Shown here in pieces: positions 14,301 through 25,864 of a DNA stretch of 64,000 bases; positions within the stretch are counted from its first letter, which is position 1, and the number at the start of each line of letters is the position of its first letter. The notes beneath the pieces are model-generated. The model was not told the DNA's origin and ran no database searches. It worked only from the letters and a program-made list of their open reading frames with translations. The DNA comes from Felis catus (lineage: Eukaryota): assembly GCF_018350175.1 (NCBI RefSeq), contig NC_058368.1, positions 110,982,001 through 111,046,000 on the forward strand, in the 5' to 3' direction. The position numbers and the translations under genes were made by a program.

Positions 14301-14781
14301 GAACACCTGCCGCTGGTGCTGGGTCTTAAAAGGATACCTGGTGTCATTTAGCGGAGTCATCTTGTAAAACAAGTCTTTCCAAGGAAGTCTTGTGTAATTA
14401 CAGTTGTCTAAGTTACCTAACGTTAAATTGCGTAGACCTCAGTTCGACCTCAGCCATTGACATGCATCCTTAAAACTCAAGATGGTTCAAGAACGTTTCT
14501 TGAACACCTATATGCTTAAAAAATTTTTTTTAATGTTAATTTATTTTTGAAGGAGAGCAAGCGTGAGCAGGGAGAAGGGCAGAGAGAAAGGGAGATAGAG
14601 AATCTGAGGCAGGCTCCAGGCTCTGAGCTGTCAGCACAGAGCCTGACGCAGAGCTCAAACTCACGGACTGCGAGATCATGACCTGAGCTAAGTCGGATGC
14701 CCAACTGACTGAGCCACCCAAGCGCCCCTTTTGAATTTTTTTTTTTGAACTCATACTCCTCCTTTTTAAAAACGCCCTCTT

Positions 14782-15009
14782 GGGGCGCCTGGGTGGCTCA
14801 GTCGGTTATGCGTCCGACTTCGGCTCAGGTCACGATGTCGCGGTCCGTGGGTTCGAGCCCCGCGTCGGGCTCTGGGCTGAGGGCTCAGAGCCTGGAGCCT
14901 GCTCCCGATTCTGTGTCTCCCTCTCTCTCTGACCCTCCCCCATTCATTCTCTGTCTCTCTCTGTCTCAAAAATAAATTAAAAAAAAAAAAAAACGTTAAA
15001 AAAAAAAAT
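14782..15009 (+). mobile_element. Felid SINE
   Basis: TSD AAAAACGCCCTCTT at 14768-14781 and 15010-15023. Confidence 0.88.
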
Positions 15010-15420
15010 AAAAACGCCCTCTTTGGGAAAACAAGTAATTCAAAATTGGATAGACATACCAAAATTGCTTGACATATAAGGGGACAGCAAGAGAAAAAAA
15101 AAAAAGTTATTTAATTGCTTAAGAACTAGGCATTGGGTTCTGCTGGCCTGCCAGCCTCCATAAACTGTCAATTTCCATAGCAGTTATACATTGCCAGATA
15201 AATGACATAATAGGGATTTTTTGCAGTTTATCCTCAGCATTTTCCTGCATGTAATCCTACCTATATGTCTTCATCTTTAGCTTTGGGGAGAATTATATAT
15301 CAGGAAGACAAACAACATTCAGCTTTTGACTTACAGAATCACATGTGTGATGCATAGTAGAACCTATCAAGAGTTAGGCCTGTCTGCCTTGATCACCAAG
15401 GCAGTTATAAAAACAAAAGA

Positions 15421-15685
15421 GGGGCGCCTGGGTGGCGCAGTCGGTTAAGCATCCGACTTCAGCCAGGTCACGATCTCGCGGTCCGTGAGTTCGAGCCCCG
15501 CGACGCGGTCCGTGAGTTCGAGCCCCACGTCGGGCTCTGGGCTGATGTCTCGGAGCCTGGAGCCTGTTTCCGATTCTGTGTCTCCCTCTCTCTCTGCCCC
15601 TCCCCCATTCATGCTCTGTCTCTCTCTGTCCCCCCAAAAAATAAAAAAAAATAAAAACGTTGAAAAAAAATTTAAAAAAAAAAGA
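15421..15685 (+). mobile_element. SINEC_Fc-type SINE with an internal 27-bp duplication
   Basis: Consensus head and tail; CGCGGTCCGTGAGTTCGAGCCCC occurs twice. Confidence 0.88.
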
Positions 15686-16519
15686 TAAAATTCACTGTTT
15701 CAAGAAAAGGAGGTAGCAAGAAAGTGGGTGCAATTAACCTTTTCTGGTTCCATGGAACTATTGGCAACTTCACGCAATACTTCCATTCTGCTTTGGGCTG
15801 AAGAATTAACCCAAGGGGTTATAAAGTGCTGAGAGTCCTACAGACCTTTATTGGCCCTGAAGCCAGGCATTAAAGGAACTAGAGGGAGGGAAATGTCAGA
15901 ATCCCCAAGGATCAACACCTCCTGAGCTCCCCGATGGGCGACAATTCAGGCCCATTTGCACCTTACTTGCTGGTGTACAAAACCTGAAACCAGTTATCCA
16001 GGTTAGATTTATAACCCCCCCACCCACCCATGTCTGCAAAATTTCTTCTTCACATCTGAGTCATATTTTTAGGCTTTCTTGACAACCAACCACACTTCGA
16101 AGTGCTCTCTTGAGATCTCCTCTCCATGTACCCCATCTTAGCCAAATCCGTGGACTTTTACACAGTTTGACACAAATCCTCAAATGAGTGCAGCCCCGTG
16201 TTCAGAAAATGTCTATAGAGATTGTGAACAAACTTTTAAAAAATCTGTATACCATACTTTTCTGTTCTCAGAATTTCCTACCCTAGAAACCCCATTGTAA
16301 TGCATGTGCCAGGGTATTTGGTGGCCTAATGGAAGCATTTCAAGGGATTTTACGGTGTGTGCCTCAGCATTCAATGCTGCACTTATTATAAAAAGCGGAG
16401 GTCCTCTCATTGCCCCATGTATCAGATTTGATAAGCAGTTGAACTAACCACAAAGGATTTTAAATCCATGTTATGTTTGACTTTGTTTTAATGAGTTAAG
16501 CAAAACGAGCTTTTGCTTA

Positions 16520-17830
16520 GGCCACAATCGCCGTCCCTGTTCAAACAAACCGAAGAGAAAACTAGTAAAAGTCTCTCCCGGCCCTCAACCCCTTAAATTT
16601 AACTACCAGCTCCAGAAAGCTGACCGAGCCTCCGATTCAGGCGACACTCCCACGTGATGCGTTCTAATCGCGTCACAGGGACACGTGGTTCTAGATACTT
16701 CGTCCCCTCCCCCTCAGGGGTGGATTGTTGACAACGCTGCCGGCAGTCACGTGACCTTACGTCATCCCACCTCCTTTCCCTGAAATCTCTGGCCCCGGAT
16801 GCGTCTTTCTGTCCCCACCCGGTCCAGTTTAAACTAGTGAAAGGGGGAGAAACATAATGGCGTTTCAGCTTTGGGATCTCATAATCCACAATATACATCT
16901 CTATATCAGACAGAACTAATTTATCTATTATATCAGGAAGCCAAAATGGACAGAATCCTGCTAAAAACTACAATAACGCGCTCTCACACGCCCCGTACCC
17001 TTTTCCCACACCCCTCACTCCGTGGTACTGGCGGAGGGCGGAGGGATCTGGAGGCGGCGGAGGGAGACGTCATTGCAGGGTTGTTTGTGCAGCCTCGGCA
17101 GCGGTGGTGACCCACAGTGATTCGGCCGCCGCGCCGGGGGGTGGGGGGGCTGCGCGGGACTCTTTTCTTTCAGACTGACCGCGGGGCAGCTGGGGAGCAT
17201 GTCGACTCCGGCGCGGAGGAGGCTCATGAGGGATTTCAAGCGGTAAGGCCCCACACCTTGGCCTGGGTGACGGCTCCTCCCCGTGGCTGTGGGGCTGCTG
17301 GGCGGGGATCCGGGACACCTTCCTTTCCTAACCCTAAGAGGGCCGACTATGGGCCCAGTGGAACCGACGGAAGCCCATTCCCCGTTCGCACTCCCCATCC
17401 TTCCTTCCTCGCTCTTCCTATTGAAGAAATTTTGATATCCCCTCCCCCAAAAGTAAAAAGATGGCTATGGACTATCCTAGGATGCCCCCGCTGCTCACTT
17501 GGGTCAGCTGCTGACGTCTGGCCCAAGAGCTCAAGCCTCACTCCCCCCGCCCCTGCACCCTGCGGTGCCTCGTCCCCCAAAAGCGAACCCTTGCAGTCTT
17601 TTTCCCTGCTTGTTGCACCAGTTTTGCTGGATGGCCCTGCGGTCTTCTCTGAGGGGCAGGGTTGGGACGAAAATTGCCCCCCCCCATTCTTTCTGCAGTG
17701 AGGGTGGGGTCTGCAGCGCGAGGTCCGGAGGTTAGTAACCCATCCTCCGAAACCCGACTCCCCCTCGCCCGCCCGAAAGGACCTTGAGAACTGGCTTAGA
17801 GACCTGGGACTCGGGCTGGCAGCCCGGGCT
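16520..17830 (+). promoter_or_regulatory. UBE2B: UBE2B CpG-island promoter, 5'UTR and start of intron 1
   Basis: CpG-rich. CACGTG at 16651, 16682 and 16748; TTACGTCA at 16757; YY1-like AATGGCG near 16856; CRE-like GACGTCA at 17066. Confidence 0.8.
17199..17242 (+). CDS. UBE2B: Ubiquitin-conjugating enzyme E2 B (RAD6B), exon 1
   Basis: ATG TCG ACT CCG... encodes MSTPARRRLMRDFKR; donor CG|GTAAGG; 44 nt. Confidence 0.97.
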
Positions 17831-19292
17831 GCCAGTGCCTTCTGGAACTCAGCTCTGTGGCTTGGCGTATAAAGCCCTATCTATAGCCTCCAAAGTCTGG
17901 AAAAATGCCTTCCTTGAGACTGGCGCTAACCTGATACTCCCTGAGCCTCCTTTTGTAAAATGGGGTTTTGTTAAGAGGTGTTGGGGTTAGTGAGGAAGAA
18001 GTGCCTTTTTCTCACTTGTTTACCTTTGATACTCGGAGGTACGGGGGAAAAAAACGGAAAACTGCACTAGATCCACTGCATTTTTTTAAGTGATTTTCTG
18101 GGGAGACCTGCCCTGGTTGAGACAAAATATCCAGTAGCTGCTGAGGAAGTAATCTTTCAATTTCGCCATTAGAAAGCCATAGGTGAGGCATTTGGAAGCC
18201 ATTGTTTTGAGCTTTGGATAGTTTATCATTGAATGTATTCTAATTTAGCCGTTTACCTTTGGTGGACATGAAGCAGCCTAATTCCTTTAAGGGTTTTGGT
18301 CATCGTGGCTTAATCAGATTGACTGAAAAGAACTATTTTTATGTAGACTAATTTGAAAGTATGTTACCTGACAATCACTACAGATTTATGTCTGTATATA
18401 AAATGTCTCCCTTATTTTTTTATTGAAATGACAGTCTGTACAAGGAGGCTCTGTTTGGTGCAAAAGTTGTCTTCTGAAACTTAAAACCAAATTTCACGTT
18501 CCGGTGATTGAAACCCAAATAATAAAAGTTCAGCTCCTTTCCATTGTTACTCTGGTTTCTTACTGCACTTTTCTGTTTAATTCTGAGTTGAACACATGGC
18601 ACCTTTGGTAGTTTTCCAAGGGCTTCATGTTACAAGAATTTGATTATGACATGCTGGAAGGTAGCTTTGTATTGAGTCTCTTGATAATGAGAGATAGATT
18701 TAGCTATATTGCAGGTCTTTAAAATAGGGATTGATGAAAAAATCTAATTGAAGCTTGATTTCTTTAAAGGCTGTTGCTAATTGAAACAAATGAGATAAAG
18801 CTACTCTCCTGCCTAACACTAGTTTCCTGATGAAATTGAATATAAATGTTTTCAGCCATTTAGTGTTTGCCTTGAGGGTCCTTTTGGTGGGGGGGGGGGT
18901 GCTGTTGCACAGGTAGCTGTGGTTAGGACTCACACGGTCTCAGCATGTTTATGGCAGCAAAATTGATGGTGCGTAAAAATATTTTTTGATGGCAGTCTGT
19001 ACTTACCAGTTCTCGAAGATATGTCTTAACTTTGAACCTTGATATTTGAGGAGGGATGACTCCAAAGCCCTTTGGAATTTTAGATAATTTGAAGACGTAT
19101 TTAATAAGTATATACCTGTTAAGTTTTTTGTTTTTTTTTTTTAATCCTATGGTTTATTACACCTCGGCACAAGAACAAGGAGATGGATTTAGTTTGTATT
19201 AGAGTAGATTGTACAGACCACAGGAGTTCTGTTTGGCCTTCTTAGTGACTTAAAGTTGTTCAACTTTGGAAATTACTACTCTGGATTTCTAG

Positions 19293-19373
19293 ATTGCAAG
19301 AGGACCCACCTGTGGGTGTCAGTGGCGCACCATCTGAAAACAACATCATGCAGTGGAATGCAGTTATATTTGG
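19293..19373 (+). CDS. UBE2B: UBE2B exon 2
   Basis: TTCTAG|ATTGCAAGAG...[38 protein letters not shown]; 81 nt. The PPVG and IMQW residues match UBE2B rather than UBE2A as I recall them. Confidence 0.97.
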
Positions 19374-20590
19374 GTGAGTGGAAAGGCATAACAAATGATA
19401 GGTGTAGTAATTCTTTTTAAAAAGTGAATGTATCGACTAGGGAAAGAGACTGAAGTGGAACTGAGGAATCTTACAGAAACTGCAAAGTAAATTAGAAAAA
19501 AAACCTGCCAATAAGTGTTTTTGTAGTTATGTAAAATTATTTGCGTTGGTGTTACTGTCTATGACTTTCTAATCCCTTTGGGTTTTACCTGATAAAAATA
19601 TCATTCGAAACTAAATGAGCAAAGGTAAATTATTTTGTACAACGTGTACCAACAAGTGTTTATGGTTGCATTCTTTGGTAACTAAAAAAGCTAGGAATAA
19701 AAAATACTGACAAGTTGGAGTGTGGTAAGAATTTAAATAAAAATGTCTCACACCTTGGTGTGAAATAACTGGAGCCTTTTGAGAAGCAGTCTATGTTTTA
19801 TATATTATATGTATTGCGTATATGCTTCTTAATTTAGAATTTTATTATGCTTTCTTTTGTTTTCCTGGATTTGATCTTTTTTCTTTCATACTTTTTAAAC
19901 TTGGGTTTTACACTCAAACTTTAAAGGAACACCTTCATAAACAATTCTGAGTTGCAATGAGTTGTAAGAGTTCATGTTAAAAACTAGTGAAAACAATGAG
20001 TGTAGTTCGCTCTTTTAAAGGAAAGAGATTAAATTCAGACTAACATGCTTTGAGATCCTGAATGCCTTGAAAGAACTAATTAAACTTGATAGTGCTACTT
20101 ATGAAAGATGAAATTGGCATATGGAGGCAGGGAAGAGATTTGAGAAAAAAAAAAGTATCTTTCTTGGTTTACATCAGTTCTGTTTAGCTTTTTGGAACAA
20201 GAGCTTTACTGGGAAGCAGAACACTGGTGTTACAGTTATCTTTAAAAGTGATTTCCATCTTACTGATGTAAATTGAAAATATGACTTTTTCTCTTAAGAA
20301 GACACTGGTTGATATTTATGAACTTAATTCTTTTTCTACTAAGGTTGTGATCCCCCCCTTTTTTTTTTTATTTAAAACCAGCCTAAAATGAAAACTTCGA
20401 AAATAGTTACCCTGTATGTCTACATCTCTAAAAATCTAGGGCTAACATGACAGTGAACTAACACTATCTTTAAAACTTCACAAATCACTAGAATGAGCCC
20501 CTCCTTCTCTGAGTTTATCCTTTTCACTCTTAAAAATCAGGAAGAGGCAGAATGAAAACATCTTTTAATCAAAAATCTTCTTGTTTTCAG

Positions 20591-20616
20591 ACCAGAAGGG
20601 ACACCCTTTGAAGATG
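20591..20616 (+). CDS. UBE2B: UBE2B exon 3
   Basis: TTTCAG|ACCAGAAGGGACACCCTTTGAAGATG|GTAAGT; PEGTPFED; 26 nt. Confidence 0.96.
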
Positions 20617-21764
20617 GTAAGTCATTCTCATTGTTTTCTGTAATATTAGGACACTGCTTTTTAAGCAGGAAGTTGTAACAACAGCATATCTAATTTAAAA
20701 CTATTTTCTGTCATTATTAGGTCATACTAAAACTAGTGCTAAGAAGTCATAGTTTATAGAGGACTTTCTTTCCAGGTCACTTTGATCACTATCCATTGCA
20801 AGTTCTTTGTGTTACTTTGGTATTTGGCTGTAGAACTATAGGCCTAGTTGGTAGGTTAAAGGAGGATAATCGTGCACTTTTTTTGGGGGGGGGGGGGTGG
20901 CGGTGGGGAGAGAGAATCCCAAGCAGGCTTCACACTGTCAGCGCGGAGCATGATGCCAGGCTCGAACTCATGAACTGTTGAGATCGTGAACTGAGCCAAA
21001 ATCAAGAGTCAGATACTTAACCTGATGAGCCACCCAGGCGCCCTTGGTGCTTTTTTAACATTGGTATCTATGCTGATGGGGTGTTGAGCTGAAATTGCTC
21101 TTAAACACACATAGCTGGGGCACCTGGCTGGCTCATTCAGTAGAGCATGCGAATCTCAATCTTGGGGTTATAAATTTGAGCCCCATGTTGGGTGTAGAGA
21201 TGACTTGATAAAAATAAAATAAGAAATCTTTTAAAAAATGGCTGCCAGTAGTTTCACACATAGCTAGCATTTGACATCCATAAATAGGATTCTGCATGAT
21301 CACTTGTCTCTTAAATTTAGTATTTTCACCAAGACCCAGGTCCTTAGATTTTTCCCTGATTATAGCATGGATATTAAGAATTGTTGAACAGGTTTGTTTT
21401 AATTATCAAAATGGTTTCAGAATTAAGCCATTGAAGATAATTTGCACAGATACACTGATTGCAGTACTGTTTTTAAAGAGAGAACCTGAATGCCGGTAGG
21501 GGAAATGGTTAAGTAAATTATGATATATCTAGATTCTAGAATATTATGTACCCGTTAAAGAATAAGGTAGATCTGGACGTACATTTCAAGACACAAAAAA
21601 AGTTTCAGAATAACATATATTGTATTACATTTTTACTAAACATATACATGCAGGTGTGTGTGTATTAAAGGGTTTTATACCACACTGTTACCAGTGGTTA
21701 CCTCTGGGTGGGGGTAAAGAATTGAAGAAAAGGACTTAAGGACTTCAGCTTTTTACACTTTATC

Positions 21765-24385
21765 AGGAGGTTCTCAGGGCTCCCTTAAAGTCCCTGAAAC
21801 TGTTTCACGGATACCTTGTGATCAAAACTGTCTGTTTATACCAGGGTGTCTGGTATGTGTCCAGAGTTAAGTGTCCAGCTCTTAATTGCGGCTCGGTTCA
21901 TGATCTCTTAGTTCATGAGATTTGAGCCCCCCATTGGGCTCTGTGCTGACAGAGATTGGGATTCTTTCTCTCCCTCTCTCTGTACCCTTACCACACTCAT
22001 TTTCATTCTTTCTCTCTCAAATAAGTAAACATTTAAAAAAATTGCATACCACTAGTGAGGCACTATTTGCCTTTTTTATTCTATTCAAATTGGTACTAAT
22101 GGTACAAAACCTTTAGTAGTTATAAGTGGACCTGTGCAGTTTAGCATCTTGGCACAAATCAAGATGGTGGCTCTATACTGTACTAATAGTCATTGCTTTC
22201 TTTTTATTTATTTAAGAAATAAATGTATTTTAAAGATTTTAATTTTTAAGTAATCTCTACATGCAAAATGAGCCTGGAACTCCCCACTCTGAGATCAGGA
22301 GTTGCATGCTCCCATCAGCTGAGCCAGCCAGACACCCCATATTCTTTGTAATTTATTGATTGAGGAGGAGACAGAGAGGGAATCCCAAGCAGGCTCTGTG
22401 CTGACAGAATGGGGCTCGAACCCAGGAACAGTGAGATCATGACCTGAGCCAAAATCAAGAGTCATTCACTTAACTGACTGAGCCACCTAGGCAACCCATT
22501 GTTCTTGGCGTTTTTTAAAGAGATGTGCTGTTTATTATTTTTTTTAATCTTTATTTAAATTCAAGTTAATTTCTTCTGTGATTTTAAAAGTTACCAATTT
22601 CACTTAAAAACATCTTGATGACAAAAAAGATACATCTTGGTAAAAAAAAAGTAAATATTAATACTATTGAATTTTGAACCTTGGGGTGCCTGAGTGGCGC
22701 ATTGTTACACATCCGGTTCTTGATTTTGGCTCAGGTCTTGATTTTAGGGTTGTAAGATCAAGGCCCATGTAGGATTCTGTGCTGGGCTTGGAGCCTACTT
22801 GAGATTCTCTTTCTCTGCCTCCCTCTTCCTCTCTCCCCCCTCCCCTCCCCTCTCCTCTCCTTCCTTCTCTCTCCCCCTCCCTCCTTCTGTCTCCCTCTCC
22901 CTTCTCCTCCTTCCCTCTAAGCCCCTCCCCCGCACCCCTCCCCCACTCTGTCTCCCTCTCAAAAAAAAATTCTGACCCTTTAGTATACATTTTTAAAATC
23001 TTCTGTGTGATTAGGTGGGAAGTATGCATAAAACACTTCTGTGACAGTTGTCTGGAAAAAAAGCACTTGTGCAGTTGTCAGAGTTGCAACATAAACTGCT
23101 TTTCTTCATGGAGCATTTCTACTTGAATGAATGACTGAGAGACGAACTGTCATAATTTAGATTTGACTGTATGGCAGACATACTTAAAAGTGATGAAGTG
23201 AACTGTACTTCAAGACTTCTCTGATAAGATCAGTAGGTGGTTACCTAATTGTGACTTGTTTTTTGATAGTATATAATGAAATGTGGGAGAATTTACATTT
23301 GTATAAGTCTGTATTTTTTTGAGTTACTAATGTATGATACTAGAAAATTATGGATGAATAAAAGATTTATGCATTGTGCAACAGATTTTAGTGTAACTGA
23401 TGCAAAACGTTTATTGATACGGTTTCAGATTCTACATTGCAATTAACGTTTAAAACCCTACCAGTTCTTTAGTAATCAAAAAAGAATATCTACAACTATC
23501 TGAAAAAACAATGAAAATACTTTTTCATTTACTGATTTTATGAAGCCTGATTTGCTTCCTATCCCTCAACCAAAACAGCATATTGTAACAGATTGCAGAA
23601 GTAGCTAAGAAAATCCAGCTGTCTTCTGTTAAAGCCAATCATTAAAGAGACTTGCAGAATTGTAAAACAGTGCTACACTTCTCACTATCTTTGGAGTGGG
23701 GGGAGATAATATTATTTTTAATTCAATGTGTAGGTTACACATATACTTAGGTTTTATACTTAGGTTTCATACTTAGGTTAATGTGTAGTGAGTTTACAGT
23801 AATTAATATTTAAAATTTTTCTGAGTTGGGGGAGCCTGGCCAGCCCAGTCATAAGAATATGTGACTTTTGATCTCCAGGTCAAGACAGTTAGAGCCCCAT
23901 ATTGGGCATAGAAATTACTTTCAAAAATTTTTTAGTTCAATCCTCTAATACAAGAAATACTGATAGTTAGAGACACCTGGCTGGCTCAATCAGTAGAGCA
24001 TGCAATTCTTGATCCAGGGTTGTAAGTTTGAGCACATGTTGGGTGTAGAGATTGCTTAAGCAAAAAATCTTTAACAAAAAAAAAAAAGAAAAGATAAACA
24101 CTGATAGTTAAATCCAGTGGCATGCTGGAAGCAGTCTGTACCAACTGATTCATGAGAACAGAATGTTAAAAACTGGGGGAATTGTTGGAACCTAGTTACT
24201 AAAGAGCCAATATTTTTAAATGAAATTATTTTTCATTTTTGGTGGAAATACATAAAATGGTATGCTATCACATGTATCTCTCCCCATCTTAACATTCAGT
24301 TGACTTCCCATTGGAAGCATGGCTGTGGTTGGGAATACGAGTATAAAGGGGTCCTGAGACTCCATAAGGTAGGGGAAAATCTTGA
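21765..24385. mobile_element. Degraded hAT-Charlie-type DNA transposon, interrupted by several SINEs
   Basis: Charlie1-like segments recognised by eye, e.g. ATCCAGCTGTCTTCTGTTAAAGCCAATCATTAAAGAGACTTGCAG and terminal GGGGTCCTGAGAC. Confidence 0.55.
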
Positions 24386-25774
24386 AAATAGCTTTTCTAG
24401 GGGCGCCTGGGTGACTCAGTCAGTTAAGCATCCGACTTCAGCTCAGGTCATGATCTCACGGTTCGTGTTGGGCTCTGTGCTGACAGCTCAGAGCCTGGAG
24501 CCTCCTTGGGATTTTGTGTCTCCCTCTCTCTCTGCCCCTCCTCCATTCATGCTTTGTTTCTCTCTGTCTCAAAAATAAATAAACAAAATTTTTTTTAAAA
24601 AAGCTGTTCTGTATTTGTGTAGCCTGAAATTTTTACATTATACTTTTTTTAATTAAACTATAAACTTTCAAAATACATTATTAGATATCAGGCTGCCTTC
24701 ACCATTTAACTGTACATTTCATAATACCTCGATTCAGAATATGAAATAGATAACACATTTGATTTTGCTTTTATCTTTGACCTACCTAATCCCAAATTTT
24801 CAAATGGCAAAAAAAAAAAAAAAAAAACGTAAAAGAGAGGTTATGTACTAAATACATAAAGGTAAAATACAAGATAGAATAAATAGAAGAAAGGATTTTT
24901 GTTTTGCTTTTTAAAACTGCATTGATGAATTAAGGGAAGAACCTTGTAGAAACATCTGGAATGGTTTAAACTTCTATTGACTTCATTAGGAATAAGGCTC
25001 AATTTACGGAGTATTATAAATACTCAAGGGTTGTAGTTGGAATGCCTCTTCAACCTTCGGGAAGATTTCCTCAAAATAAAAAACTGGATAGTATATAAAC
25101 AGAAAAGTCTAGAAAGACAAAACCACTAATAATGGTTATTTCTGCATAATAAATTTGGAATTGGAATTGAGGGTTCTTAGTACACTGTGAACAGACTGAC
25201 TTTGTTAGAAGTGCATAATTTTTTTAAAAGCCTATGCTTGTACTTACCATAAAATACTGCTTTACAAGGTGTACCCACTTTGGTATGTAACCTAAAGTAG
25301 GCAGTTACACTAACACTAGTGATTCTTGGCATATTTAAGTGAACAGATTCATATGGGGACAGAAGAGACCTTTCAAATTAGTGTCCATGCCTCCAGTCTA
25401 AGTCATTTGTTGTGTGGTAGTTACCCCCTCTCACAATCCTTTGGCATACACCCCTCTAAGCTATAATAAACTAGCTGTAGTTCCCCAAATGTACATTTTA
25501 AACTTTGGTAGCTAGGGCCAAATTGCCTTCCAAAAGTATGGCAGTTAACATTCCCACCGATAGCACTTGAAAGTGTGTGTTCCCAAGTGCTTGCCGATGT
25601 TGTGTGTTAACCAGTCTAACGTAAATCAAAGTGTTTTTAGTGTGTTTTATGTACTAAGCCAAAATTGACATTAATTTTTGTGTGGTTGTGCAAAAACACC
25701 AGTATTGGGTTGGGGATTCATTGATGAATTTTGCTTGTCTTTACTATAATTATTTTGGTTTGTTTTCTATCTAG

Positions 25775-25864
25775 GTACTTTTAAACTAGTAATAGAATTT
25801 TCTGAAGAGTATCCAAATAAACCACCAACTGTTAGGTTTTTATCCAAAATGTTTCATCCAAATG
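25775..25864 (+). CDS. UBE2B: UBE2B exon 4
   Basis: CTAG|GTACTTTT...[43 protein letters not shown] including the HPN motif; 90 nt. Confidence 0.97.

Noticed and set aside
13478..14372. Overlapping ORFs of 67-137 aa around the CDKL3 promoter
   Set aside because: Open frames on both strands of GC-rich DNA, with no recognisable domain or exon structure.
17117..17701. 194-aa plus-strand ORF across UBE2B exon 1 and intron 1
   Set aside because: Starts at GTG, runs through a strong donor in a different frame from UBE2B, is Pro/Gly-rich and resembles no protein I recognise; expected by chance in a CpG island.
23743..23780. 13-bp tandem repeat ATACTTAGGTTT(T/C) x3 with a telomere-like TTAGG
   Set aside because: Short local slippage inside a decayed transposon; not a TTAGGG array.
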